Source of the DNA: Octopus vulgaris
Lineage: Eukaryota
Reading direction: 5' to 3'
DNA length: 64,000 nucleotides
NCBI GenBank assembly: GCA_951406725.2
Contig: OX597819.1
Coordinates: forward strand, 27,342,001 to 27,406,000
In this document: positions 14,300 through 29,404 of the stretch, piece by piece
Numbering within the stretch: position 1 is the stretch's first letter
Layout of the letters: every line of letters starts with the position of its first letter
Translations under genes and position numbers: made by a program
Notes under the pieces: generated by a model
The model's database searches: none
Told to the model about the DNA's origin: nothing
What the model saw: only the letters and a program-made list of their open reading frames with translations

Positions 14300-15490
14300 C
14301 TCTCTCTCTCTCTCTCTCCATTCTCCCCTTCCACTCCAAGCCAAACTTGGTAAAGTTGATGTGGGCTTGATCGAAGAATAAAGCGTGCGCCTTCACTCCT
14401 TTCTGTCGCACCCACTACACCACCTCTCCCAGCACAGCTACCAGACAGAGAAAAACTGCCTATCTTCTCTTTCCAAACGAAAGCTATCTTCATGGCGAAG
14501 TAGCGCCGATAACCGGATCCATCCTACACAGAACAACAGTTATTCGACATAACGCGTCAAATCAGAAATATTCCGATACAGAACAAATTCGCAGAGCATA
14601 TTTTCACTGCTCTACGGCCATGTCGTACAGTGCTTTTCGAGTTTGTCAGAGATCGACAATGACCCTCAGCCAGGTCAGAAACTTCCCGAAGTTTTCTATA
14701 TTTTCAGGTTCCTCCAGAACTGACCAGCCAATTGATTCTCGTTGCCACCAAGAGTTTTTCTAAGAATGTCGTTGTTCTTCCCCACTTCTAACCTTCTATA
14801 TGCAAATTCTATCAGCCACATTACATTGCCCAAATGGTAGAGGGTTCGGTGCACCTTAGAATTACATGAAGGCCTGTCAATAATATACCATGGATGCAAT
14901 ACATATTTTCGGCATCGTGACTGAATGTTTAGCGGTTAGCTTCATCTCAGCCCATTTCTTGATGAGACTGGCTATTCTATTTGCACCCTCGTCCAAGCTC
15001 CTATCCACTCGGAGCTCCAGACCAAGCCAGACCCCAGACATTTCATCGGAAGCGTCGGTGCAGTTACACATGGCGCTACTGGTACCATAGATTTGCATTT
15101 CTGGCTACTGAGCAACCCCAACCAATTTGCCCGAGTGAAATTTTACCTCTCTTACTGCACCGCATCCATTTAAAACGTTACCGACCACTTTGACTCACAT
15201 GGTGCCCAGCACGGCTCTCCTGTTTGCTACGTCAACATCTCTAATTTCTGCAGCAGTATCTCGAGAGGCAGTGTTTACGGAGGAGACGAAAGGTAACACC
15301 GTCGATTGACCCAACGTATGATTCGAAATGACACGTATAAGTAACCACTTACTCTGACTAGGGAACAGATGACACTGTACATTGAAGCGATCCAGCCACT
15401 GGAAACGGACGCCAGCTTGTTGTACCGAGAATAGCCTACAGGTACTGACGCTCAACCTATCAAAACCAAATTTATAACAACCTTCATGAA
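14300..15490 (-). pseudogene. Old L1/Tx1 ORF2 relic (RT to C-terminus)
   Basis: Broken translation: INL..FDRL..GWIASMYSVICSLVRVSG (RT), GVWLGLELRVDRSLDEGANRIASLIKKWAEMKL, YVE*LLFCVGWIRLSA, AVFLCLVAVLGEVV*WVRQKG. The last two are colinear with the 10638-11251 copy. Confidence 0.7.
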
Positions 15491-15692
15491 TCCAGATTTA
15501 TTCATAGAGATAACAATTTGTATGGGTAGGGGTAAGGCGTTGTCATCTACCCCAGTATCTGAACGGTAGTTTATTTCATCGATCTCCAATGGATTAAAAG
15601 CAGTGTTGCCTTCGACGGGATTTGAAACAGCAAAGGGAACAACCTCCACAAATACCGCAATAAAAGTCATATTAACATCTAACACAAGAAAG

Positions 15693-16101
15693 GAGGTGAG
15701 CTGGTTGAATCGTTAGCACGCCGGGCGAGATGTTTAGCGGTATTTCGTCTGCCGTTACGTTCTGAGTTCAAATTCCGACGAGGTCGACTTTACCTTTCAT
15801 CCTTTTGGGGTCGATAAAATGAGTACCAGTTCTGTACTGGGATCGATCTAATCGACTGGCCCCCTCCCCCAAAATTCCGGGCCTTGTGCCTAGAGTAGAA
15901 AAGAATCGTTCGCACGCCAGGCAAAATCCTTAGTGGCGTTTCGTCGGTCCTAACGTTCTAAGTTCATATTACACCGAACTCAACTTTGCTGTTCATTCTT
16001 TCGAGGTTGATAAAATAAGTACCGGTTGAATACTGGGGTCGTTTTAATCAACCGTCTCTTCTCCTAAAATTGCTGGCCTTGTGCCAAAATTTTGAAATCA
16101 A
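15693..16101 (+). mobile_element. Two adjacent SINE B copies with alternative (type 2) tails
   Basis: Family B head and body followed by GACTGGCCCCCTCCCCCAAAATTCCGGGCCTTGTGCCTAGAGTAGAAAAG and by GGCCTTGTGCCAAAATTTTGAAA. Confidence 0.82.
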
Positions 16102-16420
16102 TATCTAACATAAGCTTCACATTTTTAGCAAGTGGGGGATAGAGTCCATTATATGGATCGGGCTTCTGTGATCGTCTTTTATCGTTCCGTGAATAACGGA
16201 CAAGACAGGATTTGAACTGCAAATGTTCTGCAAACCACCCTCCCTAATTATCACACCAGTAACAACATCAACAACAAGAATAATGAATATGGCAATAACA
16301 ACAACAATAACACTTATACAAACAGCGACATTGTTTTGTTTTTATATTACAACTGATGTTATTAATATAACGATAGACACAACAGGTACAACAACGCTAA
16401 AATAAACTTTCCAAGTATAA

Positions 16421-17396
<976 letters not shown>

Positions 17397-17648
17397 ACAA
17401 TAGGTACATATATGTATATCCACCCATGCACATGAGTACGAGTATATATAACCTACATTTAATCGGAACATGGAATCAAAAGTAACTCAAAGATCGGGAG
17501 CTTCATGTGTCATGCACGAAAAGTCGGGCTTTGAGTCACTCCTATAATTTTATACTGAAACAAAAAATAAACCCACTTATACACGGAAATGTGTGTGTTT
17601 GTGTGTGTATGTGCGCGTGTGTGTGTATATATATGCACACGCATACAT

Positions 17649-17681
<33 letters not shown>

Positions 17682-17818
17682 TACTAATACACCAACTCAC
17701 ACGTAGAGGTGAGCGTTTAACCCAGAGTAGATTTTTGATAAAGAATGCTATCATGTTCTACATTGTAATATGAGTAAAGTAAATCTTCGCCGGTCTCTGT
17801 GTGTGAGGGAGAGCGAAG

Positions 17819-17868
<50 letters not shown>

Positions 17869-18172
17869 AAATGCATATTTACTTACACACAGATACACAC
17901 ACACAGATACACACACACACACACACATGCACGCACCTTGCCTATAAACATACATATATATGTGTGTGTGCGTGTTTATATATATATATATATATGTATA
18001 TATGGGTGCGTTGGTGCAAACATGGAAAGTAGAACTCAAAGCATCAATAGATGTATATCTTTTATTAATATGTATGTAACATGAGTAACAGCGTGACTGT
18101 AAGTGCGGGAGTTTCGGGTGTTGCGCACGAAACTCTAGGACCTTGAGTCACTCTGTTATTTCTGCTACATAC

Positions 18173-19011
<839 letters not shown>

Positions 19012-19084
19012 AATAAAATATATGCATATATATAAACATATATGTACGTACCTACCTCTACATGTACATATACACGCATATATG

Positions 19085-19227
19085 TGTACAGGACACCAAA
19101 AGGACGTCGAACACATAGAGAGACGAAAAACATAGACACAAACCAAGGAACAAGACAAGCAAAAAAAGGAGATACAGGACAATAAGCACAACGAAAAATC
19201 CCCTTCTTCAGTCGCTAAAGTTTCATC

Positions 19228-19230
<3 letters not shown>
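19085..19230. mobile_element. Possible Penelope-like LTR fragment
   Basis: Non-repetitive block between TA runs. Minus strand has CTGAAGAAGGGG but no complete hammerhead. Confidence 0.3.
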
Positions 19231-19309
<79 letters not shown>

Positions 19310-19333
19310 TATACATATACATATATATATATA

Positions 19334-19405
<72 letters not shown>

Positions 19406-19766
19406 TGTATGTATGTATGTATGTATGTATGTATGTATGTATGCCCACACATACAAACACACACTCAGGTATGCAGCTATATATGTTCCGCATATGTAAC
19501 GATATCAAGTTTAACTTCAAAATATAAACAGTTATGTAGGTGTGTGTACGTATGTGTATGTGTTGCTATATTCATACGCATGCATGCAGATGCATACAAC
19601 TTATATAGGTATAAATAAATCTTCGTGTATCCCTGTATGATTGTATGCGCGTGAACGAGGGAGAGTGTATACATACATACTAGCAACAACTTACACCTAT
19701 GTACTATACGCATATATGTGTCTGTTTGCGTATATATATATACAAACATCTAGATATATATATAAG

Positions 19767-19901
<135 letters not shown>

Positions 19902-20053
19902 TTAGATAGATTGTACGTACATATCTTTGCATGTGAAATAATATAGAACAGCAAAATATGAATAATCGTATAAAAATACGTGCGTGTGTGTTTACATATA
20001 TATTTGTACATGTGTAATATATTTACAGATATGCACGTATGTGGCACGTACAA

Positions 20054-20110
<57 letters not shown>

Positions 20111-20252
20111 CATACAGGCACACATGTGCATATATTCCGAGTATTGGTCGTATTTCCTGATGAGGTATAGAAATTCATCTGTTGATCAATCACATTTGTA
20201 TTGTATACGCATATGCATACACACGGACGGATAGACAGACGGACAGACAGAC

Positions 20253-20365
<113 letters not shown>

Positions 20366-20543
20366 CGCACACTCACATATACATGTCTTATGCATACATA
20401 CATACCCCTCTTGCTATGTATACACACATACACACACACATATATACATGTGATATATATATATATATATATATGCATACATATAAATATATATTACATA
20501 TATTCATGTATACATTCATAAACATACACAAACATACACACAC

Positions 20544-20577
<34 letters not shown>

Positions 20578-20578
20578 T

Positions 20579-20624
<46 letters not shown>

Positions 20625-20761
20625 TGCATATAAATATATATATATATATATTACATATATTCATGTATACATCCATACACACATACACAAACATACATAC
20701 ATACCTACATATATACGTACATACATACATACGTACGTACATACATACATACATACATACA

Positions 20762-20813
<52 letters not shown>

Positions 20814-20869
20814 CACGTACATACATACGAGCGAGGTGAGAAAGTAGAGTACTTGAGAAAATGACTTAC

Positions 20870-20990
20870 CTTGATCCGTCGTGCCGGGAGTTTGTAACAC
20901 ACCCACCTCTCTACCATCAATGTAACACAACTTTTCGCACTTGCTGTGGCTGGTGTTTTTTTTCGTTCGGTTTGGATTTTGAAAAAGACG
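20870..20990 (-). other. Candidate host exon ending in a consensus splice donor
   Basis: Minus strand AAG|GTAAGT at 20870/20869 at the end of a unique island with no recognisable TE. ATG at 20917 would give MVERWVCYKLPARRIK (phase 0). No homology recognised. Confidence 0.25.
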
Positions 20991-21453
20991 AGAACCAGGT
21001 TAACTTATTTGTTGAGTGAGTGAGTGAGTGAGCGAGTGAGCGAGTGAGAGAATGAATGAGTAAAAGTTAATATATGTATAAAGATATATATATTGATTCA
21101 TATGCGTGTTTGTGTGAGCGTCACTATAAGTGTTGAGTAATTTCTGTGCTATTAGTTGAATGATGGTGTTAATGTGTATATTAAATCATCTGAATTTCTG
21201 CGTGCGTGTTGAATGACTTTTTTTTCTATTATTATTTGTATGCGAGTGCGCGTTGAGTGATTGTGTATTTATGTGATGGTGGTGGTGGTGGTGGTGGTAG
21301 TGGTAGTGGTGGGTGTTTATTGAGTGAACTTCTGTGTGTGCGTGTGTGTTTGTGTGCGTGTGTTTGTTGCACTTATTCCAGCGGTTGTTAACAAATTCTG
21401 TGTGAGTCGATGTACGTGCTTTTTTGTTTTGTATGCATGCATGCATGTAGGTT

Positions 21454-21492
<39 letters not shown>

Positions 21493-21766
21493 ATGTATGT
21501 ATGTATGTTCAATTCTGTTTTTAATGATCTGAAATCTCCCAGTAAATACCTATGTATTCACACACACACACACACACACATACACACACACACACATACA
21601 CACACACACAAGCACACACACACACACACATACACACACACACAAGCACAGACTCAAACACACGGACACACGGACACACGCACACACACGCGAACACCAA
21701 ACACTCTCAGAATCGTTTGGAAGCAGTAAAAGTTGATTAAGAAACAAAAACTTAGATTTTCTACAA

Positions 21767-21810
21767 CTGGCTGTTACTCCGAGTTTCGCTACACCGCTTC
21801 TCAACCCGGC

Positions 21811-21812
<2 letters not shown>
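21767..21812 (-). ncRNA. Degenerate hammerhead-like motif next to (TA)n
   Basis: Minus: TTGAGAA-GC-GGTGTA-GC-GAAA-CTCGGAG-TA. Stem I does not pair well. Confidence 0.3.
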
Positions 21813-21869
<57 letters not shown>

Positions 21870-21901
21870 AAATGAGAAAATGAATTTACAACCCCTATCT
21901 C

Positions 21902-22126
<225 letters not shown>

Positions 22127-22395
22127 TGTATGTATATATGTGCGTATGTGTGTGTTTGTGTATAAATGTATGTGTACGTATGTATGTGTGTGCTTAGTTG
22201 TTAGCGCTGAAGGGAGTGACTTCTTTGTGTGTTTACATGCGCTTGTAAGACATGTTACGGATGTGTGTTAAAACTTTGTATAAGAGCGGCATCTTGTGTC
22301 TGTATGTGCACGTTTTAATTGTATATGCGACTGTCTTTTTTTATGCGTGTATGTGCGTTCGCTATAGCTTTTCATGCCTGTGAATATCTATATAC

Positions 22396-22426
<31 letters not shown>

Positions 22427-22895
22427 AGGTAGCACAAGTGCTTCCGTTGCGTGTGTGTATGTGTGCGCGCGTTGATTTTTGATTATAGCCCTGTGTGTAT
22501 ATCCGTATGGGTGTATGTGTGTATGTGTGTGTGTATGTGTGTGTGTGCGTGTATATGATTGTAAGTAATTTAGTTGAGTGTACGTGTATTTGTCAAAAGG
22601 GTGATTATCCTATCGTAGAAGTTGGAGTGTTAAGGGGTATGAGTGAAGTCTTCGAGTGTGAGTCTTGATACAATACTTGAGTGTCTATGGACATGCCGAC
22701 TTAATGTCAAGGGCAGTGATAGTGAGAGCGATAGCTGTGTGGTAAGAAGGGCGGGCGATGGTGGTAAACGATAATGGTGTTGAGGGGGGATTAAGGCGGT
22801 GGTGGTGGTGGTGGTGGTGAGAGTGATTGTAGTGAGGGTAGAGCGGCAGAGAGAGTGATGCGGCGGCGGCGATAGTGCTAGCTGATATGAGGGAC

Positions 22896-22986
<91 letters not shown>

Positions 22987-23586
22987 TAATGGTAGTAATA
23001 GCAGTGGTAGCAGCAGCAGCAGCAGCAGCAGCAGCAGTGGCATTAGCAGCAGTAGGAGCTTGGAGCCGGTTTCTCTGGCAACGGCGATGCAAAACAATGA
23101 CTACACGTGCGTGCTAAAGATATCTATCTTAATCTATCTTAATCTATCCGTCTATCTTCGTCTGTTTATCAACCAGGCTATCTAGCGAAGCTCGCTATTC
23201 ACCTCGTCTAAGTAGTTAATTTCTTCTCACCATACATACATACATACATACACACATTCATACATACATACATACACACATACATACATACATACATACA
23301 TACATACATACATACATACATACATACATACATACATACATACATACACACGTACATACATACACACACACACATACATACATACATACATACATACATA
23401 CATACATACATACATGCATGCATACATACACACATACATACATACATACATACATACATACACATACATACATACATACACATACATACATACATACGTA
23501 CACACACACACACATACATACATACACACACACATACATACATACATACATACATACATACATACATACATACATACATACATACA

Positions 23587-23620
<34 letters not shown>

Positions 23621-23706
23621 CTTTTTATTAATGATCGACAGAAGTTAAAGCGACTTAAAAACCAAGAGTCTCCTCTCTGTTGCGTCTGCTGATTCTTCAT
23701 ATACAT

Positions 23707-23892
23707 CAGTCCTCCGCAACCTGTACGGCGCGGCACACTGGTGTACCACGAAACGATGGTAGGTGTGCCGCAGTGCAACCTGGTTATACATTTTTTCCTC
23801 TATACATTTAACTTAGGTGTGCCGCCAAATTTTGAAAAGAATATAAGTGTGCCGCAATTGAAAAAAAAAAAAAAAAAGGTAGCAGAGAACTG
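23707..23892. mobile_element. hAT-type MITE
   Basis: Ends CAGTCCTCCGCAACCT...AGGTAGCAGAGAACTG. Flanks ATATACAT/ATATATAT (7/8, consistent with an 8-bp TSD). Internal GTGTGCCGC repeats. Confidence 0.65.
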
Positions 23893-23908
23893 ATATATAT
23901 ATATATCG

Positions 23909-24558
23909 TTTTTATTCATTTATTTGTTTCAGTTATTTGACTGCGGCCATGCTGGAGCACCCCCTTTAGTCGAACAAAATCGACTCCAGGATTTATTCTT
24001 TACGAAGTCTAGTACTTATTCTATCGGTCTCTTTTGCCGAACCGCTAAGTTACGGGGACGTAATCAAACCAGCATCGGTGTGTTTACGCGATGTTGGGGG
24101 TACACACACACACACACACATTCTTTTTCTTTCTTTTATTCTTTTACTCGTTTCAGTCATTTGACTGCGGCCATGCTGGAGCACCGCCTTTAGTCGAGCA
24201 ACTCGACCCCGGGACTTATTCTTTGTAAGCCTAGTACTTATTCGATCGGTCTCTTTTGCCGAACCGCTAAGTGACGGGGACATAAACACACCAGCATCGG
24301 TTGTCAAGCAATGCTAGGGGGACAAACACTGACACACAAACACACACGCACATATATATATATATATACATATATACGACGGGCTTCTTTCAGTTTCCGT
24401 CTACCAAATCCACTCACCAGGCTTTGGTCGGCCCGAGGCTATAGTAGAAGACACTTGCCCAAGGTGCCACACAGTGGGACTGTACCCGGAACCATGTGGT
24501 TGGTAAGCAAGCTACTTACCACACAGCCACTCCTGTGCCTATAGCCACTCCTGCGCCT
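23909..24558 (-). mobile_element. SINE A full copy plus adjacent 3' half
   Basis: 3' half at 23909-24120, full copy at 24125-24540, short duplicated head to 24558. Confidence 0.88.
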
Positions 24559-24663
24559 ATATATATTATTAATATATATATATATATTTATTAATAATAT
24601 TAATAATAATATGACAACATAAAAAAGACAGTGGCATATACAATTAAAACGTGCACTAATTGT

Positions 24664-24716
<53 letters not shown>

Positions 24717-25544
24717 GCGTGAGGGTATTTATTCCTACATGCGTATTTTCATTTTTCCTGTTTTTCTTTCTGTGAATGTATATGTGCGCGCGCCTGTGTG
24801 TATGTATATATATGTGTGTATGCACGTGCCCCCGTATAAACCTAGGTAAATACATTTTAGTCTTTCAATGGTTCTCTTTATGTCTCCATTTCTCTTTCTC
24901 CCCCACTCTCACTCTTTCTCTCTCCCTCTCTCTCTGTCTTCTTTACTTCTTTTTTCCATATCCTTTCTTCTTCTCTCGCAATCCCACCTTCAGTCCCCCC
25001 CCTCGCTCTCTCTCCTTCCACAACCCTTTCTGTCATTTTCTTTTTTCTTTCTCTCTCTCATGCCTGTCTGCATATGCATGTATGTCTTTCTTGATATGTG
25101 TATGTGCGCGCGCGCGTATGTGTGTCGTTTGTATGTATATGTTAGCGTATGTACGTCCGTACGCCTGGTAGATCCGTACACAAACGCATGTTGTTTGGAA
25201 ATTTAACACCGGCCATCCCTGACCGTGGTGACCAATGACCAAAAGCCTTCCAGCTGTGGCCATCTCCCTTTTTACATTTTTCTAACGGTTCGCATTTTTC
25301 AGCGGTTCGCAAATCTTCATATAAGATTTTGTTAAAATTTATCTACAATAAATTTGCTATACTTTAGCAATATGCAAAATATTTTAATTTTTTACTAATA
25401 ATATTGAATTATATAACTATTGGAGGATTATTATAATATTTTGGGATGGTCATTTTTTTTCCTGCAAACAGGACAGGGGGAGACACAAGGCATGGAAGAG
25501 TCGCTGAAGGGGTCACAGCTGTGTAAACAACGGACATAAAATAA

Positions 25545-25694
25545 TAATAAATCTCTGAACGAGGGCACAGCAAATACCATAAGGGCACAGAAAATGTGCC
25601 TAAAGCCAGCTGGAGACGATGATCTCCTGGGGTTACAAACTACAGTAACACCTACCCTTAGTGGTTAGCCATATTGAGATGGCTAGTATACTTT
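25545..25694 (-). mobile_element. 150-bp retroposed insertion with 15-bp TSD
   Basis: ACGGACATAAAATAA at 25530-25544 and 25695-25709. Short (TTA)n tail on the minus strand. Confidence 0.7.
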
Positions 25695-25845
25695 ACGGAC
25701 ATAAAATAAAATGAGTGAAAGGCGAATATATAGTGCGTGTGTTTATTAGGTAAGGAAAACAAACGACCGTCCCGAAATATAACAACATCTAAAATGCAAC
25801 AGCAAATCATATTTGTTGTTTTAGAGGCATCGAATGTGTATCGTA

Positions 25846-26118
25846 TTATACGGACAAGAAACTAATATTTCGACCTCAAAATCGCCGTGAAAGCAGCAGA
25901 AAAATTAGGTATTCTTACCCTAGCACGGTGGGAAAAAGTTGTCAACAAACAGCTACGGGACTCAAATCCGCATCTCTCAGAGACAGACTGAGTACTATAC
26001 CATTAAGCTAAACTGCCCACTGTCAGTCTGTTGACAACTTTTTTCCGTCTTGCATGAGTAATAATACCCATTTTTTCTGCTGTTTTCACGACGAAATATT
26101 AGTATCTTCTCTGTATAA
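25846..26118. mobile_element. Inverted-repeat (MITE-like) element with tRNA-like centre
   Basis: Imperfect arms of about 100 bp at 25846-25950 and 26026-26118 (e.g. GAAAAAGTTGTCAACA / TGTTGACAACTTTTTTCC). Spacer folds as a cloverleaf on the minus strand. Confidence 0.7.
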
Positions 26119-26171
26119 CAAAATCTGTTTCAACACAATTTTACATCAGGAATCTTGCAAAACAAATTCAT

Positions 26172-26487
<316 letters not shown>

Positions 26488-26495
26488 TAGATATT

Positions 26496-26700
26496 CTTTT
26501 ATTTGTTTTAGTCATTTGACTGCAGCCATATTGGAGCACCGCCTTTAGTCGAACAAATCGACCCTTGGACTTATTCTTTGTAAGCCTAGTTCTTATTCTA
26601 TCGATCTCTTTTGCCGAACCGCTTGGTTACGGGGACGTAAACACACCAACATTGATTGTCAAGCGATGGTGGTGGGACAAACACCGACACACAAACATAT
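26496..26700 (-). mobile_element. SINE A 3' half
   Basis: Reverse complement of the tail and body up to the central microsatellite. Confidence 0.82.
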
Positions 26701-26701
26701 A

Positions 26702-26915
26702 TGGTGTTGCTACATGATTTTACTTCACGAATGCTTTTTAGCAACTACCATTTGGTGCATGAGAGAGTTCGATGCAGCTGCCCTCATCTGCACCTCCTGC
26801 CGTGAAGTTGGTTCATCCGGGACAACTGACAGGAAGAGATCGAGTCCTACTTTAAAGACATTCGCATCCACCCCATGCAGGTCCCTCAGGTTCTTCGGGA
26901 GGATATTGAAGAGCT
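26702..26915 (-). mobile_element. CR1-type LINE ORF2 C-terminus (second family)
   Basis: LFNILPKNLRDLHGVDANVFKVGLDLFLSVVPDEPTSRQEVQMRAAASNSLMHQ*, parallel to FNIVPKEIKE..LDRFLQGLPD..NSLLE of the 16.7-kb CR1. Confidence 0.75.
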
Positions 26916-26969
26916 ATATATATATATATATATACACATACATACGTACATACACGTGTGTGTATATCA

Positions 26970-27283
26970 AGAAAATACCCCTTTCAGTCACGAATGACCA
27001 TGGATGCACCTGGAATGTTACCCACAGAGGCACAAGTCAGAGTAAGGTTTTTTATGGAAGACCACCAGTCACCCATGCATACCAGCCTCTCCACTCCACG
27101 TCACCGATGTTGTCCAAGGGAAAGAGTAAGGCCGATACATTTTGACACCAGTGAAGTGAACTGGAGCAATGTGAAATAAAGTTTTCTTGCCCAAGAACAC
27201 AACATACAACCCGGGTCGGGAATCGTACCCACTACCTCATGATTGTGAGCCCGACGCTCTTACCACTGAGCCATGCACCTTCA
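26970..27283 (-). mobile_element. tRNA-derived SINE family E
   Basis: Minus: GGTGCATGGCTCAGTGGTAAGAGCG..GGTACGATTCCCG then TTCTTGGGCAAG (CORE-like). Confidence 0.75.
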
Positions 27284-27404
27284 CACACACACACACACAC
27301 ACACGCATATACACACACACACACATAGATATATAAATACATGTGTGTGTGTGTGTGTGTGTGTGGAAAATGAGGTAGTGTTGCTTTTTGTATGTGTGGT
27401 TTGT

Positions 27405-27540
27405 GGCGGCGAGCTGGGCGAAATGCTTAGCGGTATTTCGTCTGCCGTTACGTTATGAGTTCAAATTCCGCCGAGGTCGACTTTGCCTTTCATCCTTTCG
27501 GGATCGAAAAATTAAGTACCAGTTACGCACACGGGTCGGT
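27405..27540 (+). mobile_element. SINE B, 3'-truncated
   Basis: Family B head and body ending where the hammerhead-bearing element begins. Confidence 0.82.
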
Positions 27541-27737
27541 ACGCTGCATTGATAAAGGGCAAATACCCTGAAACATGTCTGCAGCTGTTTGACTGGCAGG
27601 ATGAAGCGGCTGACCTCCCCTGTTCGAAGGTTTATAATGGACGCAGGTTGTGTGTCAAATAGCTAGCTTGAGGCGGTGGCCTCTTGGAGCTAATCAGCGA
27701 CAGCTTTAGTCTTATACTTATAAGACTGCCATATAAG

Positions 27738-27798
<61 letters not shown>

Positions 27799-27884
27799 TC
27801 GCCATACTTATATGGCAGTCTTATAAGTATAAGACTAAAGCTGTCGCTGATTAGCTCCAAGAGGCCACCGCCTCAAGCTAGCTA
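27541..27884 (+). mobile_element. Penelope-like LTR with inverted partial copy
   Basis: Hammerhead at the start. Perfect 80-bp inverted repeat 27660-27739 / 27805-27884 around a (TA)n spacer. Confidence 0.65.
27543..27585 (+). ncRNA. Minimal type-I hammerhead ribozyme (U3:A8 variant)
   Basis: GCTGCA-TTGATAA-AGGG-CAAATA-CCCT-GAAA-CATG-TC-TGCAGC: 6-bp stem I, 4-bp stem II, palindromic stem III ACATGT, GUC cleavage triplet. Confidence 0.75.
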
Positions 27885-28466
27885 TAATATATATATATAT
27901 ATATATACCTTTAAGATGTGTGTGTAGGTATGAATGTATGCACACACAAAAGCACATACCTTCAATTATAGACACAGGTATAGTTGCGTTGTTATGAATT
28001 TTGATTCGCCAGTCTGCCGGGTGGGGGGCCCCACTAGGTACCTTTTGCTGAATTATCATCTACTAAAGCCTCGGGTTTACCAACGCGTTGTGAGTGGAAT
28101 TTGGGGAGTGGAAAATGTGCGGGAGCCCATGGATTTGCGTGTGTGCTTGCGTGCGTGTGTGCGTTTGTGTGTGTGTGTGTGTGTTGTGTGTGTGTGTGTG
28201 TGTATGTGTGTGTGTATGTGTGTGTGTGTGTATAGACATACAGCTACACTGACAGACAGAAGACAGACAGGCAGGCAGACAGGCAGACAGGTAGGCAGGC
28301 AGGTATGTAGGTAGGCAGGCAGGCAGGTAGGTAGGTGGGTAGGTAGGTAGGTAGGTAGGTAGGTAGGTAGGTAGGTAGGTAAACAAGGTGAATGGTGTAA
28401 GCAACTCGTTTTTATTGCATAATTATGTCACCGACGATGTTTATGTAGAAAACTCCTCTCCAAAGG

Positions 28467-28852
28467 AGGCAGGCCTAGCCGTGGTAAGAAGCTTCCTTCA
28501 CAACCACATGGTTGCGGATTCAATCCCGCTACGTGGCACCTTCAACAAGTGTCTTCCATTATAGCCCAGGGCTGAATAAAGTGCTGTGAGTGGATTTGTT
28601 AGACAGAAACTGAAAGAAGTTTATCGTGTATGTGTGTGTGTGTGTATTTTATGCGTGTTTCTCTGTGTCTGTGTTTGTCTCCCCGCCATGTTGGTGTGTT
28701 TACGTCCCCCGTAACTTAGCGATTCGGCAAAGGAAACCGATAGCATAAGTACTAGGCTTACAAAGAATAAGCACTAGGGTGATTTCTTTGACTAAAAGCC
28801 ATTTAAGGCGGTGATCCAGTATGACTAAAACAAGTAAAAGAAAGTAAAAGAA
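28467..28852 (+). mobile_element. SINE family A, diverged
   Basis: Family A head, body and tail. Confidence 0.8.
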
Positions 28853-28880
28853 CATATATATATATATATATATATATACA

Positions 28881-28956
<76 letters not shown>

Positions 28957-29040
28957 GTTATTATTATCATTATTACTATTATCATTATTATTATTATCAT
29001 TATTATTATTTTTATTATTATAGTATTATTATTATTATTA

Positions 29041-29083
<43 letters not shown>

Positions 29084-29103
29084 ATTATTATTATTATTAT
29101 TAT

Positions 29104-29134
<31 letters not shown>

Positions 29135-29157
29135 TTATTATTATTATATTATTATTA

Positions 29158-29243
<86 letters not shown>

Positions 29244-29265
29244 TATTACTATTATTATTATTATA

Positions 29266-29320
<55 letters not shown>
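28881..29320. repeat. (ATT)n microsatellite, about 440 bp
   Basis: Read directly. Confidence 0.95.
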
Positions 29321-29321
<1 letters not shown>

Positions 29322-29404
29322 AATCTTAGGGAATAATAATATTCCAGGTTATCAGGACATTTACTATTTTACACCTTACTAATGCAATGTAAAAAGTATC
29401 ATTT

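Noticed and set aside
22630-23097. Poly-Ala/Thr/His or poly-Leu ORFs
   Set aside because: Triplet-repeat tract with non-ATG starts and no recognisable domain; at most UTR.
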